From Isurus oxyrinchus (Eukaryota), in assembly GCA_026770705.1 (NCBI GenBank), contig JANJGN010000021.1:1922001-1986000 (forward strand): a DNA stretch of 64,000 nucleotides. Reading direction: 5' to 3'. Shown piece by piece: positions 36,860 through 50,285 of this stretch; position 1 is the stretch's first letter, and the number at the start of each line of letters is the position of its first letter. The notes beneath the pieces were generated by a model. That model was not told the DNA's origin. It saw only the letters and a list, made by a program, of their open reading frames with translations, and did no database searches. The position numbers and the translations under genes were made by a program.

Positions 36860-38158
36860 TATGGTTTAGAAAATTAACTGTTCCCAACGTGGAGCTCATT
36901 CCTTCAGGTTTTGAATTTGTGCAGGAAATTTTACAAACATCAAATTTTAGTTTATAATGATTCTTTTCTTACTTATCCTTTCTGTCTCTCTTCCTCTCTC
37001 ATTCTTAACCCAATATTTCTTTCTCTCTCTTGCTTCTCTTTCCGTACCTGATTTGACGTTGACTTCCCACACCTTTCATTCACCCTCTTTCTCAGTCCTT
37101 CCACTGTCCCTTTCCCCAAACCTAAAATCTCATCAGCTATTGGTTGCCCCATCCACTCAGGTCCCAGGAGTCTTGTTGCCTCGTACTGCTCCATTATCAG
37201 CTCACACTTCCAATAGCTTTGTGGATAACATTCTTGAGCTGAAGGGCGAGAGGTAACTCTAACATACGGCAGGCGCTGTGAGATGCCCCATCACAGGAAA
37301 ATATGGCCCTACTGTGATTCTGTGTCGTACATGGGTTTGTGACAAGCACCTCAGTCCCCTGTATAAATTTCCAGTGTCGTATGGTCAGCCAGGTAAATTT
37401 ATGGTCGGAATATAACTTACCAAGCTTTTAAAAAGGGAGATAGCAGATGCCTGATCTTGTGATTAGAATTTCCCTGCATTTTCACTAATGTGAGATATTA
37501 AACTACAAATCTAATCAAAGCAGCAATAAAATGTCAATTATATCCAAAATTAATGACAGAGCTTCATATGGAAATTTATCAAATCGATTAATGGTATTTT
37601 ACTTATACTTCAGCATTTTCATTTTAGAAGAAACATAATGTTGTTAGTAAATTGTACTTCGATTTTTATAGCAAAAAAAAACATATTTCTTCCCTTCTGT
37701 TTTGCATTCAGGAGAATGACTAGAGTCTTAAATCTACCCAAGTTAATTTTGGTACCTTTTCCTGAATTATTTGCAATTTTTTCCAAAGAGTTATTAATCC
37801 CCTGGGGATTTGATACCTTAGTGATTTTGGACATATGAATGGCTTTAAAAATTCTCACTGCTCCAATTCAAATTCTGAAGGGAGATTTTCCACTGCTGAC
37901 ACAAATGAGGCTTTTGTCTCACATTGAACTCACTGCCCCCAATTTTCCACATCGACTAATTTGGATCATTATTTATTGTTGTTCATTCGGAGAGCAGGGC
38001 TCCGAGAATCTGCAGCCCTTTTGATGGACTACGAACATCAACATTTCTGGGATGGCCTTGTGTAGGTGGAGCTTCTTCTTAATTGTCAACCGGTATTGAA
38101 TTGTATTCTGGTGGTGGACATTACTTGGAGGCTCACCTGTGGTCATAAGAGCTGAATG

Positions 38159-38230
38159 AAGCTTGTATTGTAGCGGTAGCGCATCTGACTCCATATCAGT
38201 AGGTTGTGTGTTCAAATCACATCTGACTCA
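38159..38230 (+). pseudogene. tRNA-Trp(CCA) pseudogene
   Basis: cggtagcgcatctgact CCA tatcagtaggttgtgtgttcaaatcacatctgactca matches vertebrate tRNA-Trp with CpG-type changes; acceptor stem degraded; anticodon at 38191-38193. Confidence 0.7.
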
Positions 38231-38259
38231 CAGCAGCTTGGAGATATAGGAGCAGATTG

Positions 38260-38373
38260 AAAGATGGCGTTGTTGGTTGGAGGTACAAAATATGTAATGT
38301 GCGTCTCTGTAAGTTGAAGCTTGTAACTATATACTAGGCTTTAGTTCTATCCGTCACTATCTGGCGTATAACA
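38260..38373 (+). mobile_element. Short LTR-like fragment (second copy ~50480-50575)
   Basis: Shared tgtaatgtg.(a/g)tctctgtaa and agttctatcc.tcac..tctggc motifs; ends tataaca. Confidence 0.35.
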
Positions 38374-39563
38374 CTTCAGTTCACCCTTCACAAGCAAGGT
38401 CAGAGAGGCTGTAGTCATTCACCCCAGGTATGTGGTGTTATTAGAGTGCCCTAACTTACTCGATATCCCCCCACAAATCTATCCCAGGCCCTGGAGATTG
38501 TTTTGGGGCCTGTCCATCAGCTCTTGACAGGCAGGGTGAACAGCTGTCCTCTGGAGAGGGTACCCTGCAGTGCCAAACACCACCAGCCACTTCACCAGCT
38601 ATCAACCAGGGAGGGGTGGAGGTGGGATGATGCAGTGCTTCTGCTCTCATTCCCATGGGCTGCGGATTGTTTTTATTTTGCTTTCGCTTTCATCCTGTAA
38701 TTTATTTTCCCCACATCCTCCAGCCATTTTTTTTCTACTGGCTGGCTTGCAGCAACATCCTGGAGATTACTATTTAATTCCTGGAGACCCCAGAGAAATT
38801 TGGAGTCGCCTTGGCCAACATAAGTGAGCTACAAACTAAACAGCAAAAAAAAAACATGCATGAACAAAGATACACAAACACTTACTGCAATCTGGAAATG
38901 CATTCTCCCCTCACACATAAGTGCATATGCAGAGACCTTCAGACATCCATGACCTAGAAGCTGATTCACACCAGCAACTCTGACACACATTTCCTGTCCT
39001 GCACTCTATCACTCATCCTCGCTAATCTACATTTGCTTCCCAACTCCCAAAGCAAGGGAGATTCAAAATGTATTCCTGTCTTTAAATTTCACCATCTTAT
39101 CTCCACAACTTCCTTCAGCTTTGCAAGCCTGCTCAGCCCCTCCCCCGAACACTTCAAAATAAAACAATCTCCGGATGTAGGTGTCACTGGCAAGGCCAGC
39201 ATTGATCACCCAACCCCACCCCCACAAACCCACCTCCACCCCTAGTCTTTTAAAACTGAATTCAAATGTTCAACCTGCCATGGTGTGGCTTGGACTCATT
39301 GTTCCAATGACATGGTATTATACTACCATATCTGTAACTTGTTTCTGTGAATGCGGTCTCTTTGGCCTGTTTGTTCTATTATAATTATCAGAGTCTTCGT
39401 CTCCCAAAGCGTAACCTCCTGGAAACCTCTCCCTAAATCTTTGCACACCCAGAAGCCACCTCAAAATTTTCACTGACCGAGCTTTTGATCACTATTTCTA
39501 ATTTCTCGTTTTCTAGCTTAGCTTCAGTTTTACGTATGTCTATCTGTAGAGTCTCTCGGGATA

Positions 39564-39818
39564 AAAACAAAAACAGAATTACCTGGAAAAACTCAGCAGG
39601 TCTGGCAGCATCGGCGGAGAAGAACAGAGTTGACGTTTCGAGTCCTCATGACCCTTCGACAGAACTGACCCTTCATCAGTTCTGTTGAAGGGTCATGAGG
39701 ACTCAAAACGTCAACTCTTTTCTTCTCCGCCGATGCTGCCAGACCTGCTGAGTTTTTCCAGGGTAATTCTGTTTTTGTTTTGGATTTCCAGCATCCGCAG
39801 TTTTTTGTTTTTATTTTT
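39564..39818. mobile_element. Young Penelope-tail palindrome
   Basis: Arms meet at agaactga-cccttca-tcagttct (39661-39683); perfect 15-bp TSD gagtctctcgggata (39549-39563 / 39819-39833); hammerhead-like motifs at 39628-39666 (-) and 39678-39716 (+). Confidence 0.92.
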
Positions 39819-39988
39819 GAGTCTCTCGGGATACTTTTTAACAATACAAATGTAGGTTCTTGGTGTTTTTAATGAGCCAGATCGAAATTGAAATGGTAAA
39901 TGTTTAGGTTTTCCTGCTTTATTGAATGTCTGCAAAACGAATGAACTCGGTTTCATTTCACAGCCCATCTCAAGTTTACACTGCTAGG

Positions 39989-40425
39989 GTGCCAGCTGTG
40001 GTTCAGTTGCTAGCACTCTAAGGTTTTGGGTTTAAGTCCTACACCAGTGCTTGAGCCAAAATAAAGACTGCATGCCAGTGCAATAGGGAAGGAATGCTGC
40101 ACTGCCGGAGGTGCCATCTTTTGGCTGAGATGTTAAACTGTCTGCCTTCTCATGTGGACATAAAAGACACCATAGCACTATTTTGAGGAAGAGCAGTTAT
40201 ACCCAGTGTCCTCGCCAATATTTATCCCTCAATCAACATCACAAAAACAGATTATCTGATCATTATCACATTGCTGTTTGTGGGATCTTGCTGTGCATGA
40301 ATTGGCTGCCACACTTCTTACATTACAACAGTGACTGCATGTCCAAAGTACTTCATTGGCTGTAAAGCACTTTGAGACATCAAGTGGTCTTGAGAGGTGC
40401 TATATAAATGCAAGTCTTTCTTCTT
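39989..40425 (+). mobile_element. Near full-length DeuSINE-type SINE
   Basis: tRNA-like head (gtggttcagttgctagcac..gggtttaagtcc), Deu-like core (gtgtcctcgccaatatttatccctcaatcaacatcac), L2-type tail gctatataaatgcaagtctttc. Confidence 0.8.
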
Positions 40426-40894
40426 TCTTTAAAGCAAATTTAGTCCGGAGCTTAACTCTTAATTGAAGAGTTAAGTTTGCTTTTTAAGTCCAAGGCAAGT
40501 ACAGATTCTTTAGTCCCAATGCAAAGTACAGTGTTTTTTATTTTTCTACCAAATATACTTCATTTATAACTAAAATTTAACAGGATTACTACTTGAAATA
40601 ATAAAACCCCAATTCTGCAATACAGAATGATTTAGGTTTGTCTGCACCTATTGTGGGGAAGGAGACTGAGCTAATTTTTACTGAATGGAATCCATTACCT
40701 GTTTTGCCTATGTCACAGGTAAAGTAAAGTTTGTCCAGGGAACTTTCAGCTCAAATGGCTGAGGATTGAAAAAGGTGTCTGAGGAGCAGTTCTTGAAGGG
40801 CTGCAGCGTGTCAAAAGAGAGAAAGTTGAGGTGATGAGAGCAAAGTTGCCCGATAGCTCACAGTGATCTGGTGGAGTCACGTGGACAGCATTGC

Positions 40895-41065
40895 CATTTT
40901 TGATACGGAAGAATTGGAGATCCTGTTTCAAGATCTGCACCAAAGTAAGAGGTCCCTATCTGGGGCTAAAGACCACCCTCTACTAGAACAGCAAAATGCC
41001 AGTTCATGACAGCAACTGACTCAATGCTATCACCCAGATCTCATGCACAGGTGTCCAAATGGTTT
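40895..41065 (+). pseudogene. Very degenerate Myb/SANT-like fragment (another Harbinger relic)
   Basis: FDTEELEILFQDLHQSKRSLSG..LNAITQISCTGVQ resembles the F..EELE.L..W..VNA..RT..QC pattern of MSANTD-type domains. Confidence 0.35.
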
Positions 41066-41131
41066 GCTGAGAGCTTTGCAGGTATGAGGAGGAAGATGAA
41101 TGTTACTCTACTCAATTCTGCTCCTAATGCT

Positions 41132-41352
41132 TGTGGAACCTTTAGCGTAAGGGTCTGGTATAGATAGGGTTAATGTGGGACTGAGCCTACACGATGATGT
41201 AAGAAGGCACATGAGCTAGATCTAGAGTCAGTGTGGTGTTGGCTAGGGACATGTTAAGACCTAGAGGTTGTACCCCTTACTGTATATAGTTACAGGTAGC
41301 TAACAAAGACTTGCTGTTGACATACAGAAGACTACGAAGACTTCTTTTAACA
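41132..41352 (+). mobile_element. Possible short solo LTR
   Basis: TGT..AACA ends, internal tgtatatag and taacaaagac; no TSD match. Confidence 0.3.
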
Positions 41353-41429
41353 GGCACATTCTGTAACCAACACCATCCAAACAGAACCCATCAACAATGG
41401 CACACACAATTTTAAAAAGCAAACCAAAC

Positions 41430-42058
41430 ACTAGCAGTTCTTTCTGGAAGGATAGCATTGAAAAGTAGAGATGTTATGCTAAACTTGTATTAAACATTGG
41501 TTAGACCACACTTGGACTTCTGGTCAACATATTATAAAAAGGATATAGAGGCACAGGAGAGAGTGCAAAACTTATCTACAAGGATGATATCAGAACTGCA
41601 AGGTGAAACCTAAAAAGGAAACTGTGAACAGGCTGGGCCTCATTTCTCTTAAAAAGAAAAGGATGAAGGGTATCCAAATAGAGGTCTTTAAAATTATAAA
41701 AGGTTATGATTGAGTAGACACAGAAGGAGTGTTTCCATTTGTTTGGAAGGGAATAACTAGAGGCCACTAATATAAGTTGATCTCCAAGAAATCATACAGG
41801 GAATTCAGAAGAAAGTTCTTTTCCCAGGAGTATTGAGAACGTGGAACAGTTGAGGCAAATAGTATAGGTGCATTTAAAGGGAAGCTAGACAAGCTTGTGA
41901 GGGAGAAGGGAATAGAGAGAAAAGGGAGCTGACGGTTATGCTGATATAGTCAGATGTTGAAGGATGAGAGGAGGCTTGAGTGGAGCATAAACACTGGCAT
42001 GGACTGCTTGGGCCAAATGGCCTGCTTCTGTGCTGTGTATTGTCTGTAATTCTATGTA
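41430..42058 (+). mobile_element. CR1 LINE 3' fragment
   Basis: LNLY*TLVRPHL, IEVFKI, TRGH, FKGKLDK motifs and tail ggcctgcttctgtgctgt..attctatg. Confidence 0.8.
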
Positions 42059-42299
42059 AAACCTTAACTTAGGAACAAACACGGCTGGGTGGTATTATCT
42101 GAAGCACTATACACAACCATTGTCCTTCGCAAACACTCTTTCATTCTGCCAGAGTTGAACAGCACACTTTTCTTGATGGAACTGGCAGCCAAGGTCAGTA
42201 TTTGAATGCAGACATGCGGATCTGCCTTGGGGATATTACACATTGGACTCAACAACCACGTTCTCCTAGAAGCCATCTGCCCAAAGTTATTTTTTGAAA

Positions 42300-42900
42300 G
42301 CACCATGGATTACTGAGCAACTAAGGTATCTTGGCATCTTCCTGGCTTATGGGCACTAGCATCAGAATGACCTTCCTGTGGCCAGAGACCTGAACATTGA
42401 TTAAGTGCATAGTTGTCCTGTTCATGGAGGCCATTGGGCTGCAGAATTGTGCTGCCCACATGGGTGTCATCTACACACCTTGCACTCAATGCAACTTTGC
42501 CATCCTGTTGAAGCTTTTTCAGTGGGTACCTCCAAATGAAAAATGATGCTAACAACATTTGTCCTTTGCCTGACAGAGGTTTGCACTACAGGTTGTCCAC
42601 TGTGGTGGGTAACCTGTGCAATGGATTGAAAGGGTTGGGTGACTTGGTAACTCTACAGTGTTACAATGTTCTCTTCAATGGGAATAGCCATCCTGTTTTA
42701 GGTATTGGTTACAGGCTTCCTACAGCAGATGGTACAACTCTGTGGCAGCCAATCTCATCAGGTGGAGACAGGAAGGCTGGTCTCCTCTGGCTTGTTCAGC
42801 TGTGGAGCAGTCCATAAATGTAGGTCCTTGGGTAGTGATGGGTGTGGATCAAATGCTTTGTATTTAGCATTTGGCATTGTTGACTCCATTTATGTAGAGA
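42300..42900 (-). mobile_element. Very old Penelope-like RT fragment
   Basis: Minus strand YIYGL/PQLNKPE..PVS (cf. YGLPKxHK) and RCVDDT (cf. RYVDDT). Confidence 0.35.
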
Positions 42901-43129
42901 AGACATATGGCTGGGTGACTATGGAGGATGTCTGGAGATGTACTAGAATTCATGGAGCCTCTGAGAAGTACATATGACTAAGTACATACGCCTGACTAAG
43001 GTGGCTCACCATCATCTTCTCAAGGGCAATTATGGATGGGCAATAAAAGGTGGCCTAGCCATTAACTTCCACATTCCAAAAAAGAATAAATAAAAATAAA
43101 ATTACAGGACATATACAGGGAGTGCTGGA

Positions 43130-43990
43130 TAAGAGCAAAAAAGAATGTAGGAGAGACTGAGAGTTTCGCAGCAAAGTTGGATTGCACCAACGATCAGCAC
43201 TGAGCCTCTTCCTCATCCTGATTGTCCTGGATGTTCTAATTGGAAGTGCTCTGGTCAATGATGTCTGCAGATAACATTGAGCTATGTGGCGGGAATGATG
43301 AGAACATGACCTATCTGGAAAACTGAAGAAAAGTACAGAAGACAAGGATGTGAAGATCAGTAGACCAAAGACCCAATTCACCGACAGTCCATTTAAGCCT
43401 AGGGAAGAGGATCAGAGTGAAGGTGTAGTCAATCTCGATGAAGACTTGCAGAAAGTGAGTAGTTTCAAGTACTTGGGGTCAGTGAAAGTATGGATGTGGG
43501 AATCAAGCAGTACATTAGCTCTGGTTGGGGTAATTAGAAGAAGTGCAGAGTGTTATGTGATAGAAAAACATCACTGAAACTGAAAGGAAGGATCTACAAG
43601 ACAGTTGCAAGACCAGCCTTGTTACATAGTGCAGAAACCTGGGCAACATCAAGAAGAAGGAACAACGACTGGTTACTATGGAGACATGGATGCTAAGATG
43701 GTTATATGGAATATTAGAAAAGATAAAATCAGGAACCAGCTCATCAGGGAGTCAGTGAAGATTGTGGAAGCATCAAAGAAAATGGCTGAGAAGAGCTGGA
43801 AATGATACGTTTGTTTGATACAGAGAGGGAGGAAATGTGGTGAGGTGAGTGATGGGGATGGGACGGCTGGGAAGAAGGAGAAGAGGAAGGCCTAAGGCCA
43901 GATGGAAAGCTATGGTGATGATTGGTAGAGGAGTAGGTGACCGACAGGAGGAGATGGAGAAGAGTGATCAACCAGCTTTGTGGCAACCTC
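43130..43990 (+). mobile_element. RTE-clade LINE RT fragment
   Basis: KVGLHQRSALSLFL, MSADNI, KISRPKT, FKYLGS, LKGRIYKTVARPA..AETW, RKDKIRNQLIRES. Confidence 0.75.
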
Positions 43991-43997
43991 AAGCATG

Positions 43998-44320
43998 GGG
44001 AGGTGGTGGTGTGGTGGCATTGTCACTGGAATGGTTTTCCAGAGACCTAGGGTAATGCTCTGGGGACTCAAGTTTGAATCCCACCAGGGCAGATTGTGAT
44101 ATTTGAATTCAATTTTAAAAAGTTCTGGAATTAAAAGTCCGTTGACGACCATGAAACCATTGCCAAATGGTTCACTAATGTCCTTGAGGGAAGGAGATCT
44201 GCTGTCCTACACGTAACTCCAGACCCACAGGAACGTGGTTGCCTTTTAAATGCCCTCTGAACAGGGGTAATTGGGAATGGGCAATAAATGCTGGCCTATC
44301 CATGAACTAATAAAAAGAAA
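43998..44320 (+). mobile_element. tRNA-derived SINE with LINE-derived tail
   Basis: ggaggtggtggtgtggtggcattgtcactgga..aagtttgaatcccacca..gggcaataaatgctggcc. Confidence 0.75.
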
Positions 44321-44856
44321 AATGGGAGAAGCCAAAAGAAGAAAAAGACTTCTGTCCTCAGTTAAATTATGCAGCATTGTCAATGCTATTTTGCCTGCTG
44401 CATTAACAACTGAGAGCAGGGCAGGGAAGTATCTGCAGGGCAAAAAATGCAAAGGTAACAGACGATTCAACAAAATTAATTAATGCATGGACCAAAAAGT
44501 ATCAAATTGTAATTTTGAGAAAACCCCGGGTTAAAAGAAAAAGACTGTTATTAGTAACAGTAACCGTCATCTCCCAGCTGAGGTGCCTACTTGAGCAGGC
44601 CAAGTCCCAGGACTCGTGAGCACCAGGTTTATGTGGATGAGGCATGCAAGGTGTGAGCAGGACCCTGCCTGAAGTCAAAATATTCAGCCTGGAACCTGTT
44701 CCAAATCATTTTAATAAGGCCCAGAAATGCTTACCAACAAAGCGGCTTAATTTATTTGTCCCAAATTGCCTATCAGAAAATTGGTCCACCGCAATCAGTT
44801 CCAATAGGTTGTGTGTCCAACATTCTAACCTGTGCCCAGCAAAGTTCCATACTGAG

Positions 44857-45853
44857 AATTAGAGAAAAATGTAGGCAAAGTATGAAGTTCTACACACCGC
44901 CCAACTAAGTGATGGATCACAAGTTCTTTCTTACAATTTGGAGACTCAGCAGGGTGTGGAAGGGAAGGAGGGGTGTCAAAGCACTGACAGGGAGGGATGA
45001 TAGAGCGGGGCCAAACAAGCATGCCATGGAGAGGTGCCGTGCCAATGACAGGCACTTCTCCACAGTGACGGAAGAATCTTTATAGGTAAAACAGGTGTCA
45101 GGTAATAACCCTTTCCAACGAGAGAGAATCTAACCAACATTCCTTGACATTAAATGGCATTACCATCACTGAATCCCCCACTATCAACATCCTGAGGGTT
45201 ACTATTGATCAGAAATTGAACTGGACTAACCGTATAAACACTGTGGCTACAAGAGCAGGTCTTGTAGCTAGGAATCCTGTGACGAGTAACTCACCTCCTG
45301 ACTCCCCAAAGCCTGCCCATCATCTACAGTGGCACAAGTCAGGAGTGTGATTGAATACTCTCCACTTGCCTGGATGAGTGCAGCTCCCACAACACTTAAG
45401 AAGCTTGACACTCGCTGTGTGTAAAAGTTTCTCCCCATACCTCCGTTGTTTCTTTTGCCAATTACCCAAATCTGTGCCCTCTCGTTCTCAATCTTTCCAC
45501 AAGTGGGAACATTTTTTCCCTATCTGCTCTAGCCCCTCATGATTTTGAACATCTTCTTAATCTTCTTAATTCTACAAGGAAAACAATCCCAACTACTCCA
45601 ATCCATCTATGTAACTGAAGTACCTATAAAGATGCTTCTGTCGCTGTGGAGAAGTGCCTGACATTGGCACAGCACCTCTCCATGGCATGCTTGCTTGGCC
45701 TCACTTTATCATCCCTACCTGGCTGTGCTTTGGCACCCCTCCTTCCCTTCCACACCCTGCTGAGTCTCCACATTGTAGGAAAGAACATCTGACCCATCAC
45801 TTAGTTGTGCAATATGTTGGAACTTCACACTTTGCCTGCACTTTTTTCTAATT
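44857..45853. repeat. Diverged inverted duplication, ~230-bp arms (44857-45088 / 45621-45853) around LINE fragments
   Basis: Arms align as reverse complements (mirror ORFs 44825-45055 minus and 45654-45851 plus are similar); spacer has an L2-like (+, ~45095-45410) and a CR1 (-, ~45420-45620) piece. Confidence 0.9.
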
Positions 45854-48337
45854 TAATGACAACCTTGATAATACAATTGGGAATGTATAGAAGATGGTTT
45901 TAGAAGTGCTCATATGATGAGAAACAGGTTCATACTTTGAAAGCTTCAAAGGACAGTCAGGAGCTGGAAGGTTTGAAATGGAAAATCAGAACCAGAGGAA
46001 CTCTAGAGACTGCCTTTGAAGCTCGCTATTCATATTTAGGCAATTGGAAATGCTGGTTTGATGAAATCACCATATTGCAGTCCATTCTGAGATTCGCTTC
46101 TTCAGAGCTGAGCTCTACTGCCACATGACTACTAGAGAGCTTAAAACTGAAACTTTGGGCACATGGGAACAGACTGCTCTTGTATATAAAGACAATTCAT
46201 GGAAGTATCTCTGAAAAAGAATATGGTAACTCTGGGTGTGTTTACAAAAAAACATTGTGTTGCCTGTAAAGACACCAGCCTGGACCAACTCCAAAGCAGC
46301 ACACAACATGTAAACAAATAATTTAAATAGACAATAACTAAATTAGTTCTGATGTGTACCCAGCAGTGGAACTGCTCATCTGCAGCTGTGACCCTCTGAT
46401 CCCTGGTTTTTCATGATAGATGCATACTATCAGTGTGAGGAAAATGCCATTTTCTTATAGTCAGCCATTTGAGGGTAACTGTTTAATTAACAAGGATCTG
46501 ACAGTTTTGTCACCTGCTGTCCAAGTTGCAACATCAGCTGAGTCATCAATGTCTCCCGTACATTATTAATCATCTTCTAAAGCGAGGAATCCTTCTCTCA
46601 ACACTTTGAGTGTTGTCAGATCCCAATCGTCACGGACTGCAGAGGTGAACTTAAAACAATCCTAATCTTTCCTTTAACATTTCGAATACAGTAACTGCTG
46701 CCGAGAAAACCTTTGAAAGGTGCCTTGTCGTGAGTCTATTTTTTTTAACGTAAGCAATGGTCTGACTAAAAATAAAATTTAAAAAGAGAAAGTGCTGTTA
46801 CATACTGTAACCATAATACAGGAAAAACATTGAAAACAGAAAATGATTCCATTACTGATGTAAGACTCACATGCTAATGTCCATTTTTAATTTAGACAAT
46901 TGAATACAAATATCATCCAGTTAGTGTGAACTGATGCCAGGACAATTCCTTTCGATAAAATGTCCCTCAGCTGGTGTATCAGCATTCCTTTCAAAGCATT
47001 CCTGCAATGTTTGCCTCCCCCGCTTCTCATGCACATGGAATGTTTTGTAACAATGCTATTTTTTTTAGGGATCATTAAAGAATAAAGTATTTGTGACCAT
47101 GTTAAATTGTGCCACTGAAGTGCTCCTAATAAATCCCACATACTCCACATGACTTGTTCCAAATGGCACCGAGGGTGATTTGCACAGAAGCAGCTGCAGC
47201 CCTCAGCAGATGTCCTTGGTTCCTTGACCTCACAATACTTCCCTGTCTAATCTCTTACCGCGCACTGTATGCAAATGAGAGCATCCGGAGCAAAATAGCA
47301 AGTGTCAGGATTTTAACCTCACCAAGCCAACTGGCATTATTTTTGCGATTAACTTATATGTGCCCTGTGTTCCCCCTCAAAAAAGAGAAATGATGATGTT
47401 TGCTCTGCAGACCACCCTGAGATTAAGGAGCTGTTTGTTTTTGAAAAACATTGTTAAAGCCTTTGTCCCTGCCTGTGAAGGACCTAAGTGAGAGAGCAGG
47501 GAAATAACTGGGTGTGTTTTAATCTTTGCTGCCTAAATAAAGCGCAGAACTGAAAATCTAGGGGGAGGCTTGTACAGAAGATGACCTGCACAGTGACTCG
47601 GGCAGGCTCCCTATGCAAATGAGAGCATTTTGAAAGGCCTAGGATGGTACAACCCTGGCCCCCACCTTTCTCTCTTTTTCCCCCGGCGATGCTTAACACC
47701 CAAGTGGCAAGAATTAAAAATCTGCCCTGCTTGGTTGGCTGCAGATCTGGTTTTAAAATGATTATTTTGCCGTGCTTCCTGCGCCACAGCTCAGTGAACG
47801 GATCCAAAGCAGTAGCTGAGCACCCACCCCACCCCCCCCACCCCCCCCCCCCCCAACCCCCGCCCCAACACACCATATACCTGGGCTGAGTTAGCTGGCA
47901 TTAGCTGAAGTGCTGTAGGAGCGTTACAGTTCAGCTCAGCACACCGGGGTCAGGGGGAAGAAAAAGCGACCTTCTCCGCTTGACCCCGTACATCTCAGTG
48001 ACATCTGGGCTGTTTTTGGAGCAGCTTTTCAGTTGCCCCTTTAAGAACCGCTGGTTCGGCTGTTGTTTGCGCCGCTGAGGTGGAGGGAGGAATCGTGGCT
48101 TTTAAATCTAACACCAGGAGCATTCCTGCTGCTGGTCACGATTCAGTAACTAGGCCGTGCTAGAAATGGACTGTCGAAACAGCAGGTCAGCATCACGCTC
48201 AGCAGCCAAGGCTCAAATGATGGAATCAGAGGCTGGCACTTACTGTGTAAGCTCAAAGATGAACAATAGTTTCCTTTGGTGAGTTGCTGGAGGGTTTCCA
48301 GTGCTCGTCAGATTAAACCCCGGCCAACAGTCGACTT

Positions 48338-48949
48338 GGGGTGAATTTCCACAGACCTTCTCCACTCTGTAACTTCTCTGGAGGTGTGGTGGAATCCACT
48401 GGGATTTTCCAATCGGCCTCTAGATTCTCACAGGCGGGCGCCAGTTGAGCTGCCTGGAGATGATCTCCCAGTGGCAGACGGTGTAACCAGTGCGCCAGGT
48501 AAGCCTAGAGGCCCTGCCTGCCTGAGTCTGGGTGCAGGAGCAGCCACAGCCGGCCCTATAAAGTGGCTGTCCCCCCCCCCTCCCCCACCCTCACCCCCAC
48601 CACCCACCGCCCCCACCCCACAGTGGTGGCCCGGCTGTAAAAGCCACCTTTTTAGTTTAAGTTTAAAAAAAATAGAGAGGGCTGCCTCCATTTTGAAGCA
48701 CCCTCTCCCTTACTTACCTTCTACTCCAGCCTTCTGCTCCTTTCAAGCCGGAAAGCCTCTGATTGGCTGTCCAGCTCCAAGATGCTGCCTGCCATCCTTA
48801 ACTAGATGATGAACCTGCCTTCAGGCCATTAAATTAATGAATCAGGAAAAAAATCACAACGAGTGACCGTTTCCCACACAGGTGTGAATTTCTGACTCCC
48901 ATTTCAACCTCATGATAGGGGTCAGAAGCACACAGGGAAAATCCAGCCC
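48338..48949. mobile_element. Harbinger-like MITE or MITE composite
   Basis: Ends ggggtgaatttcc / ggaaaatccagccc. Confidence 0.4.
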
Positions 48950-49944
48950 CATGTTTCGTGTGGAAACTGGATCTTGTTGAAGTTACTACAGCAGTGGAAC
49001 CAGTTAAGCGCTGAGGAAATCCCTCCATGTCCTCAGCCTCATTTCTCCATGGCAGGGAGAGATGTAGGACATTTGCGGGGTAATTAAAGCTTCTTATGAA
49101 GTCTTTTCCCTCTGTTTTGCCAAACTGTGCAAAACAACACAGCAGTGCAAACTGAATAAGTGCATTCTGCACCCTCTCATTGCCTATCACTCACAAGACA
49201 AAAACAATGCATTTACACGTACCTGAACTTATAGGGCTGCAAGCATCCAAGATTTGTTTATGATTAAATGTCAAGACTGTCAAACTTGCTTCCCTGTGTA
49301 TCAGCTTAGTAATCAGCTGAAGCTCTACTGGATGCTAACATCACGATGCACACTCCATATTTTGTGTGGTCATATTTATTCAGGGCTCAAAAATGCTTTG
49401 CACGGATCTGGAACAAGCATATGGGGCTTTGCTCTGTAAACTTTCTAACATCAGAAAAGATTAGAATAAACCCATGCATTCTGCGCAAGAAGGAAATGTG
49501 GGATCATTTTCCCCACATGCACATTGACTCTCTCTGAGTTCACCTGTGAATTGTCATCATTCTTTTCATATTCATAAAACTACTGAAAATAGCAACCTCG
49601 GTTCTATGTTAAATATGAAATCTCTTCAGTCACCAGATGCCTCCTGATGGGAGAAATTTGCAGCAAACAGCTCTTAGGAAGAAGCTGGTTGATCTCCGAC
49701 ATAGCCAAAGTCTGAGGCAGGCAACTAAATATAAACATCTGACCAGCTGCAGCAGTTTCTCAGGAAAAGCTAAATAGCTGTACAATTATAATTCTTCTTT
49801 CACCACTACTACCAGGAAAGTGATCTGATACTGTTAGAGTTAGCTGCACCAAGCAGTATTTTTCTTACTGTACTCCCAAATAATCTCGATTACCTGTTAT
49901 ATATGTGCTTGCTGACCTGACATTGGATCCTGGTCTGGCAACAC

Positions 49945-50285
49945 CTAGATTTTAAGATTCACATCCTTGTTTCAAATCCCTCCATGACCTTGTCCCTCCC
50001 TATCTTTGTAACCTCCTCCAGCCCAATGATTATCCAAGATCTCTGTGTCCTTCCTATTCAGCCCTCCTCCAATTTTCAGTGCACCAGCTTTGGCAACCAT
50101 TCCTTCAGCTGCCATAGCCCTCAGGCCTGACATTCCCTCCCCAAAGCTCTCTTTTACTTCCTTTAAAATGCTCTTTGAAACTTATCTCTTTGACCAAGTT
50201 TGTCACCTGTCCTAACATCTCCTTAGGCTCCTATGAAGTGCTTGTACATGTTTTACCATGTTAAAGGCATGATATAAATGCAAAG
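49945..50285 (+). mobile_element. L2 LINE 3' fragment
   Basis: gattttaagattcacatccttgtttcaaatccctccatgacctt..ctctttgaccaag..gatataaatgcaa. Confidence 0.6.

Noticed and set aside
38440-38825. hAT-like MITE (tagagtgcc..ttggccaacata)
   Set aside because: Ends too degenerate and no TSD found.
47770-48335. Old SINE-like sequence (gctgagttagctgg..)
   Set aside because: Resembles an ancient repeat, but boundaries and family cannot be supported by eye.
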